The notes under the pieces: generated by a model
Told to the model about the DNA's origin: nothing
What the model saw: the letters and a program-made list of their open reading frames with translations, nothing else
The model's database searches: none
Position numbers and translations under genes: made by a program
In this document: piece by piece, positions 12,730-23,541 of the stretch
Layout: every line of letters begins with the position of its first letter
Position numbering within the stretch: position 1 is the stretch's first letter
Source of the DNA: Takakia lepidozioides
Lineage: Eukaryota > Plantae > Bryophyta
Reading direction: 5' to 3'
NCBI GenBank assembly: GCA_030704615.1
Contig: CM060731.1
Span: 93,372,001-93,436,000, forward strand
Length of the DNA: 64,000 bases

Positions 12730-13155
12730 CACAGGCCACTGGGCACAGCCTGTCACAGCCCCTCACAGCCCCTCACAGCCCCAAAGGCCTCAGGCACGGC
12801 CTGTCACAGCCCCTCACAGCCCCTCACAGCCCCAAAGGCCTCAGGCACAGCCTCTCACAGCCTCTCATAGGCGCCCATCACAGCCCCAAAGGCCAGGGGC
12901 GCAGCCCGTCACAGCCCGAAGGCCACTGGCGCAGCCTATGACAGCCCCTCACAGCCCCCTCACAGCCCCAAAAGGCCACCGGCACAGCCCCTCACAGCCA
13001 TCACAGCCCCCAAGGCCACCGGCGCAGCCCGTCACAAGCCCTCACAGGCCCTCACAGCCCCGAAGGCCACCGGCACAGCTCATCACAGCCCTGAAGGCCA
13101 CCGGCGCAGCCCGGCACAGCCCCCAAGGCCACAGGGACAGCCCGTCACAGCCCCA
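12730..13155. repeat. CACAGCCC/AAGGCCAC minisatellite
   Basis: Same unit and orientation as 1-228. Confidence 0.9.
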
Positions 13156-13169
13156 TCCATGGCCGCTCT

Positions 13170-15014
13170 AGCAGTTTAGCCATTTCTCCAAGGGGTTTAG
13201 CCACGCCAAGCTAGGGTTTGTGTCTCTTGGACTCTAGGCTTCTTTCCACCGAGCTATGGCGGCTGTGAGGAAATCAGCAAGGTATTCTTGCTCTTTCGGC
13301 TCCCACACACCACCATAGTAGCCCTAAGCCATGAGGTGGTTGCCACAAACCAAGCCTTCTTTCTCACTTAGCCTCCCAAACACGCCACTAAACTCAATGG
13401 CAAACAACCAAGCCCTGCTGGTTCCCAGCCCTTGTGAGCACTCATTCAAGTACTCTCCTTGGCCATAGCATCTGTCTTAGAGCCTATTCCAGCCCCCTAC
13501 ACCTGCTGCTTCAAGAGTTGCGCTCCCTTCAAGCTTGAAGCTGAAACCCCAACTCACATAGGCCCTACAAGTGCTTTTCTTTCACTCCAAGTGGAAACCA
13601 GCCCTAGACCTTCCGTTCTAGCTCTCTAAAGCTTGAAAACAAGAGCCTCAATGGGCTGAAGGCATGCTCCACACATGCCCCACTCTCACCATAAGAGAAT
13701 CAGCTCCTTTGCTTCATTTCTTACACCACAAACCTGAAAATACAAGCTTCAGCAGGCTGAAAGCATGCTCCACATGCCCTACAGGGAAACCAGCCCCTTC
13801 CTTCCTTTCTTGCACTCCCACACCTGAAAGTGCAAGCCTTCACCAGGCTGATAGCATGCTCCATACATGCATTGCCCTCACATAAGGGAAGTCAGCCCTT
13901 CCCTCTTCCTTGCTTGCCCTCCAAGCTTGAAGATGGAAGCTTCAATGAGCTAAATACATGCTCCACACATGCAACCTCTTCACACAAGAGGTATCAGCAC
14001 CCCATCTTGGCTCCTTGGCTCCTTGATGCTCTCTAAGACAAGACTAAGCACTCCACAGCCTTTGCCAAGCTCCTGAAACCCTAAGGCTTACATTTCCAGC
14101 CACAAGACACTCCTTTTGTGGTGCAAGAGCTCTTCTTCCAAGCTCTGAAACCCTAGGTGCACATTCCATGGCCTTGCCGCACCTCTTAGCTCCTGTTCCT
14201 GCCCTGCTCTTGCCATGACAAGAGCCCTCTCAATGCTGAAGCTCGAGATTGAAACCCACTCTCAACATACTCCACAAAGTGCACTGATTTGCCCCAAGCC
14301 AAATCAGCCCTTTCGCTTGGTCTTGCAATCCTTCACACAATGAAAGCTCGCATTCCCAAGTCCAGTTCTCAGCTTTGCCACCAAAGCCACTATAACATGC
14401 TTTTAACTGGTCCTCTTTCCAATCGTGCTTGCTCATGCATGTACACAATCTGAAACCATCAAGGTGCTTTGGAATTACCTGCAGTATGGTGCTTTCATCT
14501 CTGAAGCTGAAGATCGAATGCCAAGGTTTACCACCTCGTAACCCACATTGCCTCCGCTTCTAACAACCAAGGGCTCCATGGTGCTCCTTGCATAACAACC
14601 TGGTTTCTCTCATTCTCAAGCAAAAACCACAAGTGCTACAACTAACTCGTATCTGGCACTCATAGATATGAGCTGATCTTTCTCGAGTGATAAAGAAGAA
14701 GAATACAAGCACAAGCTCATGCGAGCTCACAAAGCTGAAGCATAAACTCATGCATATATAACCTCATCACTCAAATACAAGTCAAGCCAAGTGCACCCCA
14801 CGCCATGGGGAATCCACACTACGACGCCATAGCTAGGCACGGTGAGGCTCAACTCGAGAAAGATGAGCCTCCCGCGCTTGCCGTGAAGATAACCACTCCA
14901 GGGCCTAAATCTGCCTTGATCCCTGGATTGACACTTGGGCCAATCCCAAATGTCAATATGTAAAAGCTAGCTATTTCTTAGCTAGTTTCACACTAGTGGT
15001 AAAATAACTTGACA
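13170..15014 (-). mobile_element. Probable LTR-retrotransposon LTR segment (minus strand begins TGTCAAG at 15014)
   Basis: TG start abuts a cut palindrome of element B; shares blocks (AAGTCAAGCCAAG, GGCTCAACT..AAGATGAGCC) with the TG..CA-bounded segment at 60173-60580. Confidence 0.45.
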
Positions 15015-15760
15015 GCATTTCCGTCCGAGTCGCACCTTCCGACATTCCAGAACGGAAATGCGGCGCCGCATTTCCGTTTTGTATCTGTGGCATGGAGCTG
15101 TGGGACGGAAATGCGGCACCGCATTTCCGTCCGGGGGAGACCTTCATACTCTCCAGAACGGAAATGCGGTACCGCACTTCCGTTCTGACTGAAAATTGTG
15201 AACCACCGGAACTGAAATGCGGCACTGCATTTCCGTCCGAGTCGCACCTTCCGACATTCCAGAACGGAAATATGGCGTCGCATTTCCGTTTTGTATCTGT
15301 GGCATGGAGCTGTGGGACGGAAATGCGGCACCGCATTTCCGTCCGGGGGAGACCTTCATACTCTCCAGAACGGAAATGCGGTACCATATTTCCGTTCTGA
15401 TTGAAAATCGTGAATCACCGGAACTGAAATGCGGCACCGCATTTCCGTCCGAGTCGCACCTTCCGACATTCCAGAACGGAAATGCGGCGCCGCATTTCCT
15501 TCTGTATCTCAGGCATGGAGTTGTGGGACGGAAATGAGGTGCCGCATTTCCATCTGTGTGAGACCTTCATACTCTCTAGAACGGAAATGCGGACTGCATT
15601 TCCGTTCAACAACTAAGGTATGTGAAGGTGGAACGGAAATGCGGTGCCGCATTTTCGTCCAATAAGTACGGTATGTGTAGCTTCGGGATGGTACTTAACG
15701 GAAATGCGGCGCCGCAATTGCATTTTCACTCTAACTCATCAGACGCTGGGACGGAAATGC
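15015..15760. repeat. GGAAATGCGG-NN-CCGCATTTCC palindrome array (212-bp higher-order unit)
   Basis: GAGTCGCACCTTCCGACATTCC recurs at ~15027, 15239, 15451. Confidence 0.9.
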
Positions 15761-16157
15761 CATGATATGTGAACACATGGACTAACGGAATTGCGACACA
15801 TGTCTGCACTCTATCTGACTGAAGTGGCAGGAGGCGGTGCGGCCTGACCGTTGGTTAACAATGTTTGTTTTTTGGACTGCAGACGTACCCTTGACGATTC
15901 GAATTTTGTAATGACGCATAGTCCACGAGGAGACACTTTCGTCCAAGCCTTTCGAACCCAAGTGGTGCATCACCGCTGTTTCATCTTCTTTTGTCGTGTC
16001 TACTTAGTCACCCCTCTCGCGCCCTTTCCATCTGCACTCTTCGCCCCTTTTCCCTGTCTCTGTTCTTCTTATGCTCGAACCTGAGAGGGAGGGAGTTCGT
16101 GCACCAGAGAAGAGACATCGTCGCAGGCTCCGAAAATTGTACTTCAGACGTAGGCCA

Positions 16158-16719
16158 ATGCCGAAGGGGAGGAACAGATGCGTCTACAGGAAGAGATTGC
16201 CATCTCGCAGCAGCAGGCCACGCAGGCAACCCAGCCACGAGTGAGAGCTCCGTGCTATCGGGATGCGCGCAGCTGATCGACCACCGAAATCCCCCTCATT
16301 TTTCTTCTGCAATTCTTAGATTGTATGCTAGGAGACTTGAATACAGAAGATGTTTGTATGCCTAACAGGAAAGGTGGACATGCTGGAGGGATCGCAGGAA
16401 TCCAAAGAGCCACAGGAAGAGTCCGTGGAGCTAGCTGCAGTACGCACACCTAGCCAATCCACGAGCACGGGTCTTCCTGCCAGGCCTAGCCCTGTGCGTT
16501 TCAAGGACGGGGCTTCGAAGGGCAAGTCTTTGTAGTTCAAAGCCCCAGAGAGCGACTTGCGTTCGAAGGTCATGGAGAATCGCCAGCAGGGGTCGGGCCC
16601 TTCTCCAGCAAAGACAAAAAAGAAGCAGCCCGTCCTTCAACTGGTTTCTGAACCGGACCAGGCCGTTTCCCCCCCACCCACGCGAATGAAGCAGAAGGGT
16701 ACAGGGCAGATTCAATTGC
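16158..16719 (+). pseudogene. 5' part of ParB-MTase-like gene of host B copy, interrupted by nested insertion
   Basis: ATGCCGAAGGGGAGG start matches 23542. Confidence 0.7.
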
Positions 16720-17557
16720 ACCTGAGCAGAAACCATGAGCCATGAGCCATGAGCCGCATGAGCCGCATGAGCGGTGAGCCGAAGTCTAAGATACGCGGAT
16801 TTCATGAGCGGACTCCTCCAAATTTGGAAATGCGGCAGATTAAACAAGTATTATAATAATAATTTTTTATTTGACCTTGCCGTTTTTGGACGTTCCAGAT
16901 CATGTAATGCGGCGAAGATATGTCGTCAGTAACAAGTCCGCTCATGGTTTTATAGATCCGCTCATGGAAATAAGTGACCGTGCAACGGGAAATCAAGTAT
17001 ACCACTGCAAAAGGACGTCGCATACTGGCCTGTATAGAGTATTCCGCGGTTTTACATGCCTTAACATTGGAATGAAGCTGACCCTTTTGCCGCGATTGAA
17101 CCAATGGAGTCTGCACCAATACAGTCTGCAGTACTTCACAATTCTGTCATCTTCGGGTATTCGGCGGGAAAGGTTTGCAACTGAACTGGGAAATAAGGTG
17201 CCGCATTAGGGTTCGCACGTGCGAAATTTCGGAGCGGTTTGGTGTTGGCGAAGGCCGCCTCTACCAGTACCTACGACGATACTTGGAAATGCGGCGCCGC
17301 ATTTCCTTGTCGGAGGTCGAATGAGGAAAGCAAGATTTCGGAAAGCAGAAAAACATGAACCCTCCAACAAACAAAAATACATGCACGTGGAAACAAGTGA
17401 ACGATATAGTAATATCTTAGTTCGAGCAAAACAGGTTACTGGTAGGCAAGACATATGTCGGACCTTTCTGTGGCCAGAGTCTGAGGTACTGGCAGCAGTA
17501 CAGTTCTACTATCCGAAAAGGATGGGCGTACCATTGTATTGGGACCGCAAGCCAAGC

Positions 17558-20500
17558 TCACTGGTCCCCTGGATCCATATTCAGAAGAGTGTGAACCTCC
17601 TGGGGGCTCAACCCTGGTGCATGTATGAAGTGATGAGTTGTGGAATTACAACGGAGTCTCTTTAGGTACACGTAGTACAAATGCTTGCAAGGGCAGTATG
17701 ATGCCCCCTTGTTCGCCATGATCTGGAAGTCGGTGCAATTGCAGGTGGGTAATTCTGAAATGGTGATGGTGTACACCTCATTGCAAACAGCTGAGCCCGC
17801 CGTGGCCATCTGATACACACGCCCGAATCCTGGTGGGGGCACTTCTGTCGAGTTCTGGATTGTACAGTTCATCCGAAGTGCATTCCCCATCCTTGTCTCG
17901 TTCACTTTTGAGGGAGGTCGCCGCCTCTTCGGTTTCCCCCAACGGTGTGTAGGATGCTTAGAGCTGTCGTGTCCCATTGTTCTTGCTCTCACAGGGGTCG
18001 GTGGTGGAGGCTGTGGAAGCGGAAATGGTTGTCTGGGGACGTTAGTGCGCTGCACCATCCGAAATCCTGCGGCGGTAAGGGCGTCAGCCTCAACCTGACT
18101 CAGATCGCAGTCTGGTTCCACCAGCCACACCGGGGGAGCCTCTGGCATTGTTTGTATGCCGTACTTGGGCTTTCCATACACGCAAGTCATAATGTCGTGC
18201 CTGCAGAACCAGAACTGGGTGATTGTCGCCTCCGCAAACTTTGCATGGACAAATCTTCCTATAAAAGTAGGAGCAGGGACAGCCCCATCTGGATTCCTCC
18301 TTATCATCTCTAAACAACGTTGCCGTGTATCCACACGAATTGCAGAACACCTTCCTCGAAACGACGGCTTTGTGCGAGCAATTCTTCACTGTGATGCAGA
18401 CACAGTCGTCTCCACAATGGCTTGGCCATACTGCATAACAGCGAGCGGAATCTGGGGCAAGGGAGCGGTGGGAATTTCTCGCACGAAATCCCCGGTTGAA
18501 GGCGACGGCGATCTGGAATTTCTTGGGCTTCCACTGCTGGAAGACACATTGTGCGGCAACATGACGGGACCTCGAGCTGCTGTCCGAATGTTCCTGTCGG
18601 ATCTCCAGGAATCCTCTTCGCACCCGGGTTCCTCTTCAATCCTCCGCCTGACAGGGCGAGTCCGGACGTCCCCCTCTAGGTGTTCACCTCTGCGGTGCAG
18701 AGGCGTCCCTTTGATCTTCTCTCGCAATGCTGTCGCCCATTTCACTGGATTCTTGGACCTCGAAGCTGTTTGTACCAACAATTCCTCCCTGTCCGGCCCA
18801 AAGCCCCATTGTTTGCCGCTAAGGAACTTGTAGTACGTGGCTTGCTGCATGATTGCTCTGTCGATGTCCTCCGTTGTGGCCGTCACTACGTCCACCAGAT
18901 GTGCGGCAGAAGACGCTCGCCAGGAGGAGTGGACCGATTCTGCCATATTCGTGTTCGGCATGTCCGTGTCGGAATCCAAGCACCGCTCCTAGAAGGACAC
19001 AAACAATGGTGAGGGACCAATCGAAATGTCCGTAACAGAAAGACAAATGAACGAAAATGACAGCAGCCTACCTCCCGCATGTACTGTCCGAACTGTCGAT
19101 ACCGAAAATGCCACCACCCCAACCAGCTGTGCAATGCTCCCAGATTGGTTGTCTCCACTACACCTGACGTGTTCCACCAAGCCTCGATGATAGCAAACTT
19201 AACCTCCGCGTCATCAAATGTGGGTGCATCCTTCCACGCTGTACAAAGGACACGGTGTTCAGCCTGGAATGAGCTAGCAACAAATTTGGTAGTGTAGTGG
19301 GATAGACTCTGCATCCAATGGAATCCACAGGATCTCTCTTTCCCCTCCATTGGAACATTGGGGTCCTCACCGTACACACGCCGCACCGCTGCCCAGTTGG
19401 CCTGAGCGTTGTCTGCCATGAATCCCCTGAAATTGGGCTCTGGCAATCCCGCCCTTGCCATCTGCTCGTTTATGCCCTCCCACAGATGCATCTCGGACTG
19501 TGTGTCCTCCCCTTTCATCTCGCAGATTGCAATCGTCATGAGCCTCTTGGAGTGATAGTCATAAACATGCGCACCCATAGTCACCCACTGATGGTTTGTA
19601 ATTCGCTTGATGTGATCAAACATCACCCAAGCATTCGACAAGTTTCCAGTTGTCATGCGAGTGACCAAGTCGACTCCACTCCCAGGCCCACACGTCGACA
19701 TTTTGAAAATGTAACAACGATCGGATTCGCTGCCTTGCCCTGGAAACCTGCTACCTTGGATGTAGTCATATCCAGTCATTCGTTTCACCTCCAGGATTGA
19801 GTACATGTCCGACCCCCTGCCGAACTCCTGCTTGCAAGATACGATGTGATTCCGCACATTCGGACTACAAACGTGCGAGACGGACTCCAAGAGGTCACGC
19901 ATCTCGTCTTCGGTCAAGGGCTCTCGGTCGGAACCATCTTCAGACATGATTTTGCCAAGAGCAATCTTGTGGGCTGCCTTCAGCTGAATCTGCTTTGGTC
20001 TGGCTTCGGGGCTCAATTTCACCTCCTCTTTTATGATGTCGTGTGCTTCCTGCACAGCCTCACGCATGTTGCCTCTCGCCAAGGGGTGGCAGTGGACCCC
20101 AACGTGTATGCAAGCTCTAGTCAAGTCCGGGAGCAAATGGATTACGTAATATTGCTTGGCTCTGCACATGGACATGCACGTCGTGGTTCTTTGCAATGTG
20201 CACACTTGAAAGAACCCGCAGGAGCTTGGCTGGAGACAATGAATGGATGATGCGTTGTGCCAGTCCAATCCGTCTCGTTTCTCCGCCCTCCTTTGGAGAG
20301 AAAGTGGAAGCAGGTGGGATTGAGGCACCTCAGCTTCCCCGCACAGAGGACATATCGTACACGAACACCATCAACAATTTTCGTGCTACTGGTCTTCGTC
20401 ACACACCAGGGGTGTCCGTCATGCTTTCGATCCATGTCTGTTAACATCCCGGAGGCTTTGTTGACGAAGAAACAGGTGGAAACTCGAAGATGACATTGCC

Positions 20501-21162
20501 ATCGACTTCGGGAGGCAGAAACGTTACCTTTCTGACTGGGAATTTGGCATAGTCGAGAGCAGCCAGCTCGGAGCGAGAACCATCGAGGTGATGTTGTCGT
20601 AGGAGCTGCACAATGGACCGGGTTGGAGTTATGCTCGAGGGCACATGCGTAGCACCTACAGAGACGTCCATGCCGGATTTGAATGACCGTGTGGAGGACA
20701 TGGGTACCTCAATGCAATCATCTTCCTCGTCGAAAATGTCGAATACGTCCACACGAGAAGCTATGGAGGGTCTTGACGGTCCAGGTCGGGAATGATTATC
20801 GTTGCATACCTCTCTATTGGCAGTGGCCGCCTGTCGGTTTCCGGACTCCTTTGTGGATGGTGTGGGCAGCGACTGATTCGGAAAGGGAATGGGCATTCCC
20901 ACAGCTCGGTACAGGATGGTGTCTGATGGGGGTACGTGCCATTCGATTCCGCAACCTCCGTCGTTACCTAGCACGACAATGGTCTCGTCAAACTGTCCAG
21001 GAACATCCTTCCTTTCTTCTTCCAAATAAACTGTGCCGGTTTGAGCTTGAATTTGGAACAAAGGTAAGTTTCAGTCACTCTGCAAAGTCCTCCCTCGTTT
21101 GGGATCCAGGCTCTCCCAAGTTGCGGAGGACAGCAAACTATAGCGTAGGAATTCGGAGCCAT
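17558..21162 (-). CDS. Mutator-like DDE transposase + SWIM (subfamily B; frameshifted)
   Basis: AWVMFDHIKR, FMADNAQANWAAVRRVYG..ERSCGFHW, TNMAESVHSSW, PTCNCTDF..YCPCKH; colinear with 9107-12690. Confidence 0.75.
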
Positions 21163-21579
21163 CGAACACCGCACGAAGTTGGCAAGTGCGAGGTTCAGCA
21201 TAGCGACAGACCAAGGCTCACAGGCACCATGCGGAGTCCATCGATGATTGGAAGTCGCACATTGAAGTGGAAAGTATTGTTTCAAGCTACATGCATGAAG
21301 GTGGGAGGTTTGATTCCATAGCCAGTAAGTATGACAATGATGGCCGATTCGGCGACGAAATAACATCTCCTGACAGTTTCTCCTGAGGGTGGATCCAGCA
21401 GTATTCTCGGTGCAGACAGGAACGTTCGCACTGACAAGTGCCAGTACTGTTAGTTAAAACGGTCAGACAACCAAGTTGTCCTCATCAAGACTGGCCGCAA
21501 TTGTGTTGTTTCGGAACAATGCAACCCATTCAGGTTCCAGATTTCCCGTCCCGAGTGATTCTTTCGATTGCTGGTGGAC

Positions 21580-23147
21580 GGAAATACGGCGCCGCATTTC
21601 CGTATTGCATCTTGGTCATGCACCAGAGCGACGGAAATGCGGCACCGAGTTTCCGTCCGGGGGAAACCTTTATACTCTCCAGAACGGAAATGCGGTAACG
21701 CATTTCCATCCAGCAAGCACGGTATGTGAAGGTGGAACGGAAATGCGGTACCGCATTTCCGTTCTGATTGAGAATTATGAACAAAGGGAACAGAAATGCG
21801 GCACCGCATTTCCGTCCGAGTCGCACTTTCCGACATTCCAGAACGGAAATGCGGCACCGCATATCCGCCCGGGTGAGAGACCTTAACACTCTCCAGAACG
21901 GAAATGCGGTAACGCATTTCCATCCAGCAAGCACGGTATGTGAAGGTGGAACGGAAATGCGGTACCGCATTTCCGTTCTGATTGAGAATTATGAACAACG
22001 GGAACAGAAATGCGGCACCGCATTTCCGTCCGAGTCGCACTTTCCGACATTCCAGAACGGAAATGCGGCGCCGCATTTCCATTTTGTATCTGATGCATGG
22101 AGCCGAGTGCAATTCCGACTGCTTGAGACAGCGCAATTCCGACCGGTTGAGACATTCATACTATCCAGAACGGAAATGCGGTGCCGCATTTCCGTTCTGA
22201 CTGAAAATCGTGAACCATCGGAACTGAAATGCGGCAGCGCATTTCCATCCGAGTCGCACCTCCCAACATTCCAGAACGCAAATACGGCACCGCATTTCCG
22301 TTCTGATGAAAATCGTGAAACATCGGAACTGAAATGCGGTACCGCATTTCCGTCGGAGTCGCACCTTCCGACATTCCAAAACGGAAATGCGGCGCCGCAT
22401 TACCGTTTTGTATGTGAGGCATGGAGCTGTGGAACGAAAATGCGGCACCGCATTTCCGCCAGGGTCAGACCTTAATACTCTACAGAACGGAAATGCGGTA
22501 CCGCATTTCCGTTCTGACTGAAAATCGTGAACAACGGGAACAGAAATTCGGCTCCGCATTTCCGTCCGAGTCGCACCTTCCGACATTCTCGAACGGAAAT
22601 GCGGCGCCGCATTTCCGTTTTGTATACGAGGCCTGGAGCTGTGGGACGGAAATGTGGTGCCGCATTTCCATCCATGTGAGACCTTCAAACTTTCCAGAGA
22701 GGAAATGCGGCACCGCATTTCTGTTCAGGTGAGACCTCTATACTTTCCCGAACGGAAATGTGGCACGGCATTTCCGTTCATCAACTAAGGTATGTGAAGG
22801 GGGAACGGAAATGCGGTACCGTTATTTCGATTCAGATTGAAAATCATGAACCACGGGAACTGAAATGTTGTGCCGCATTTCCGTCCGAAATCGCACCTTT
22901 CGACATTCCTGAACGGAAATGCGGCGCCGCATTTCCCTTTTGTATCTCATACATGGAGCTGTGGGACGGAAATGCGGCACCGTATTTCCGTTCAACAACT
23001 AAGGTATGTGAAGGTGGAACGGAAATGCGGTGCCGCATTTTCTTCCAACAAGTACGGATGTGTAGCTTCGTGATGGTACTTAACGGAAATGCGGCGCCGC
23101 ATTTGCATTTTCACTCCAACTCATCAGACGCTGGGACGGAAATGCCT
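21580..23147. repeat. Intergenic array of palindrome GGAAATGCGG(CG/CA/TG/TA)CCGCATTTCC
   Basis: Many copies; 213-bp tandem duplication at 21676/21889. Confidence 0.95.
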
Positions 23148-23541
23148 TGAAATGTGAACACGTGGAGCAACGGAATTGCGGCACATGTCTGCACTCTATC
23201 TGACTGAAGTGGCATGAGGCGGCGCGGCCTGACCGTTGGATAATGATGTTTGTTTTTCGGACGGCAGGCGTACCTGAACGATTCGAATTTCGTAATGACG
23301 CAAAATCCACGAGGAGACACTTTCGTCCAACCCTTTCGAACCCAAGTGGTGCATCACCGCCGTTTCATCTACTTTTGTCGTGTCTCCTCAGTCACCCCTC
23401 TCGCGCCCTTTCCATCTGCACTCTTTGCCCCTTTTCCCTGTCTCTGTTCTTCTTATGCTCGAACCTGAGAGGGGGGGATTTCGTGCACCATACAGGAGAC
23501 CTCGTCGCAAGCTCCGAAAATTATACTTTGGACATAGGCCA

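Larger units (their letters stand above)
229..12730. mobile_element. Large Mutator-like DNA transposon, subfamily A (transposase + ParB-MTase-like gene + palindrome array); right end not identified
   Basis: Begins with the conserved terminus GGGGGCTGCTATTTCATGAG, whose reverse complement ends the B copies at 31870, 39734 and 51046; genes are homologous to the B copies; flanked on both sides by the same minisatellite. Confidence 0.8.
15015..16719. mobile_element. Subfamily B host copy, left fragment (part of array + 5' end of ParB-MTase-like gene)
   Basis: Colinear with roughly 22500-24095 of the nested copy; continues at 31871. Confidence 0.85.

Noticed and set aside
12713-13171. Pro/Gln-rich 152-aa ORF
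   Set aside because: Translation of the minisatellite
14991-15004. CACTAGTGGTAAAA as a CACTA terminus
   Set aside because: No subterminal repeats or matching partner; better explained as internal to the LTR-like segment ending at 15014
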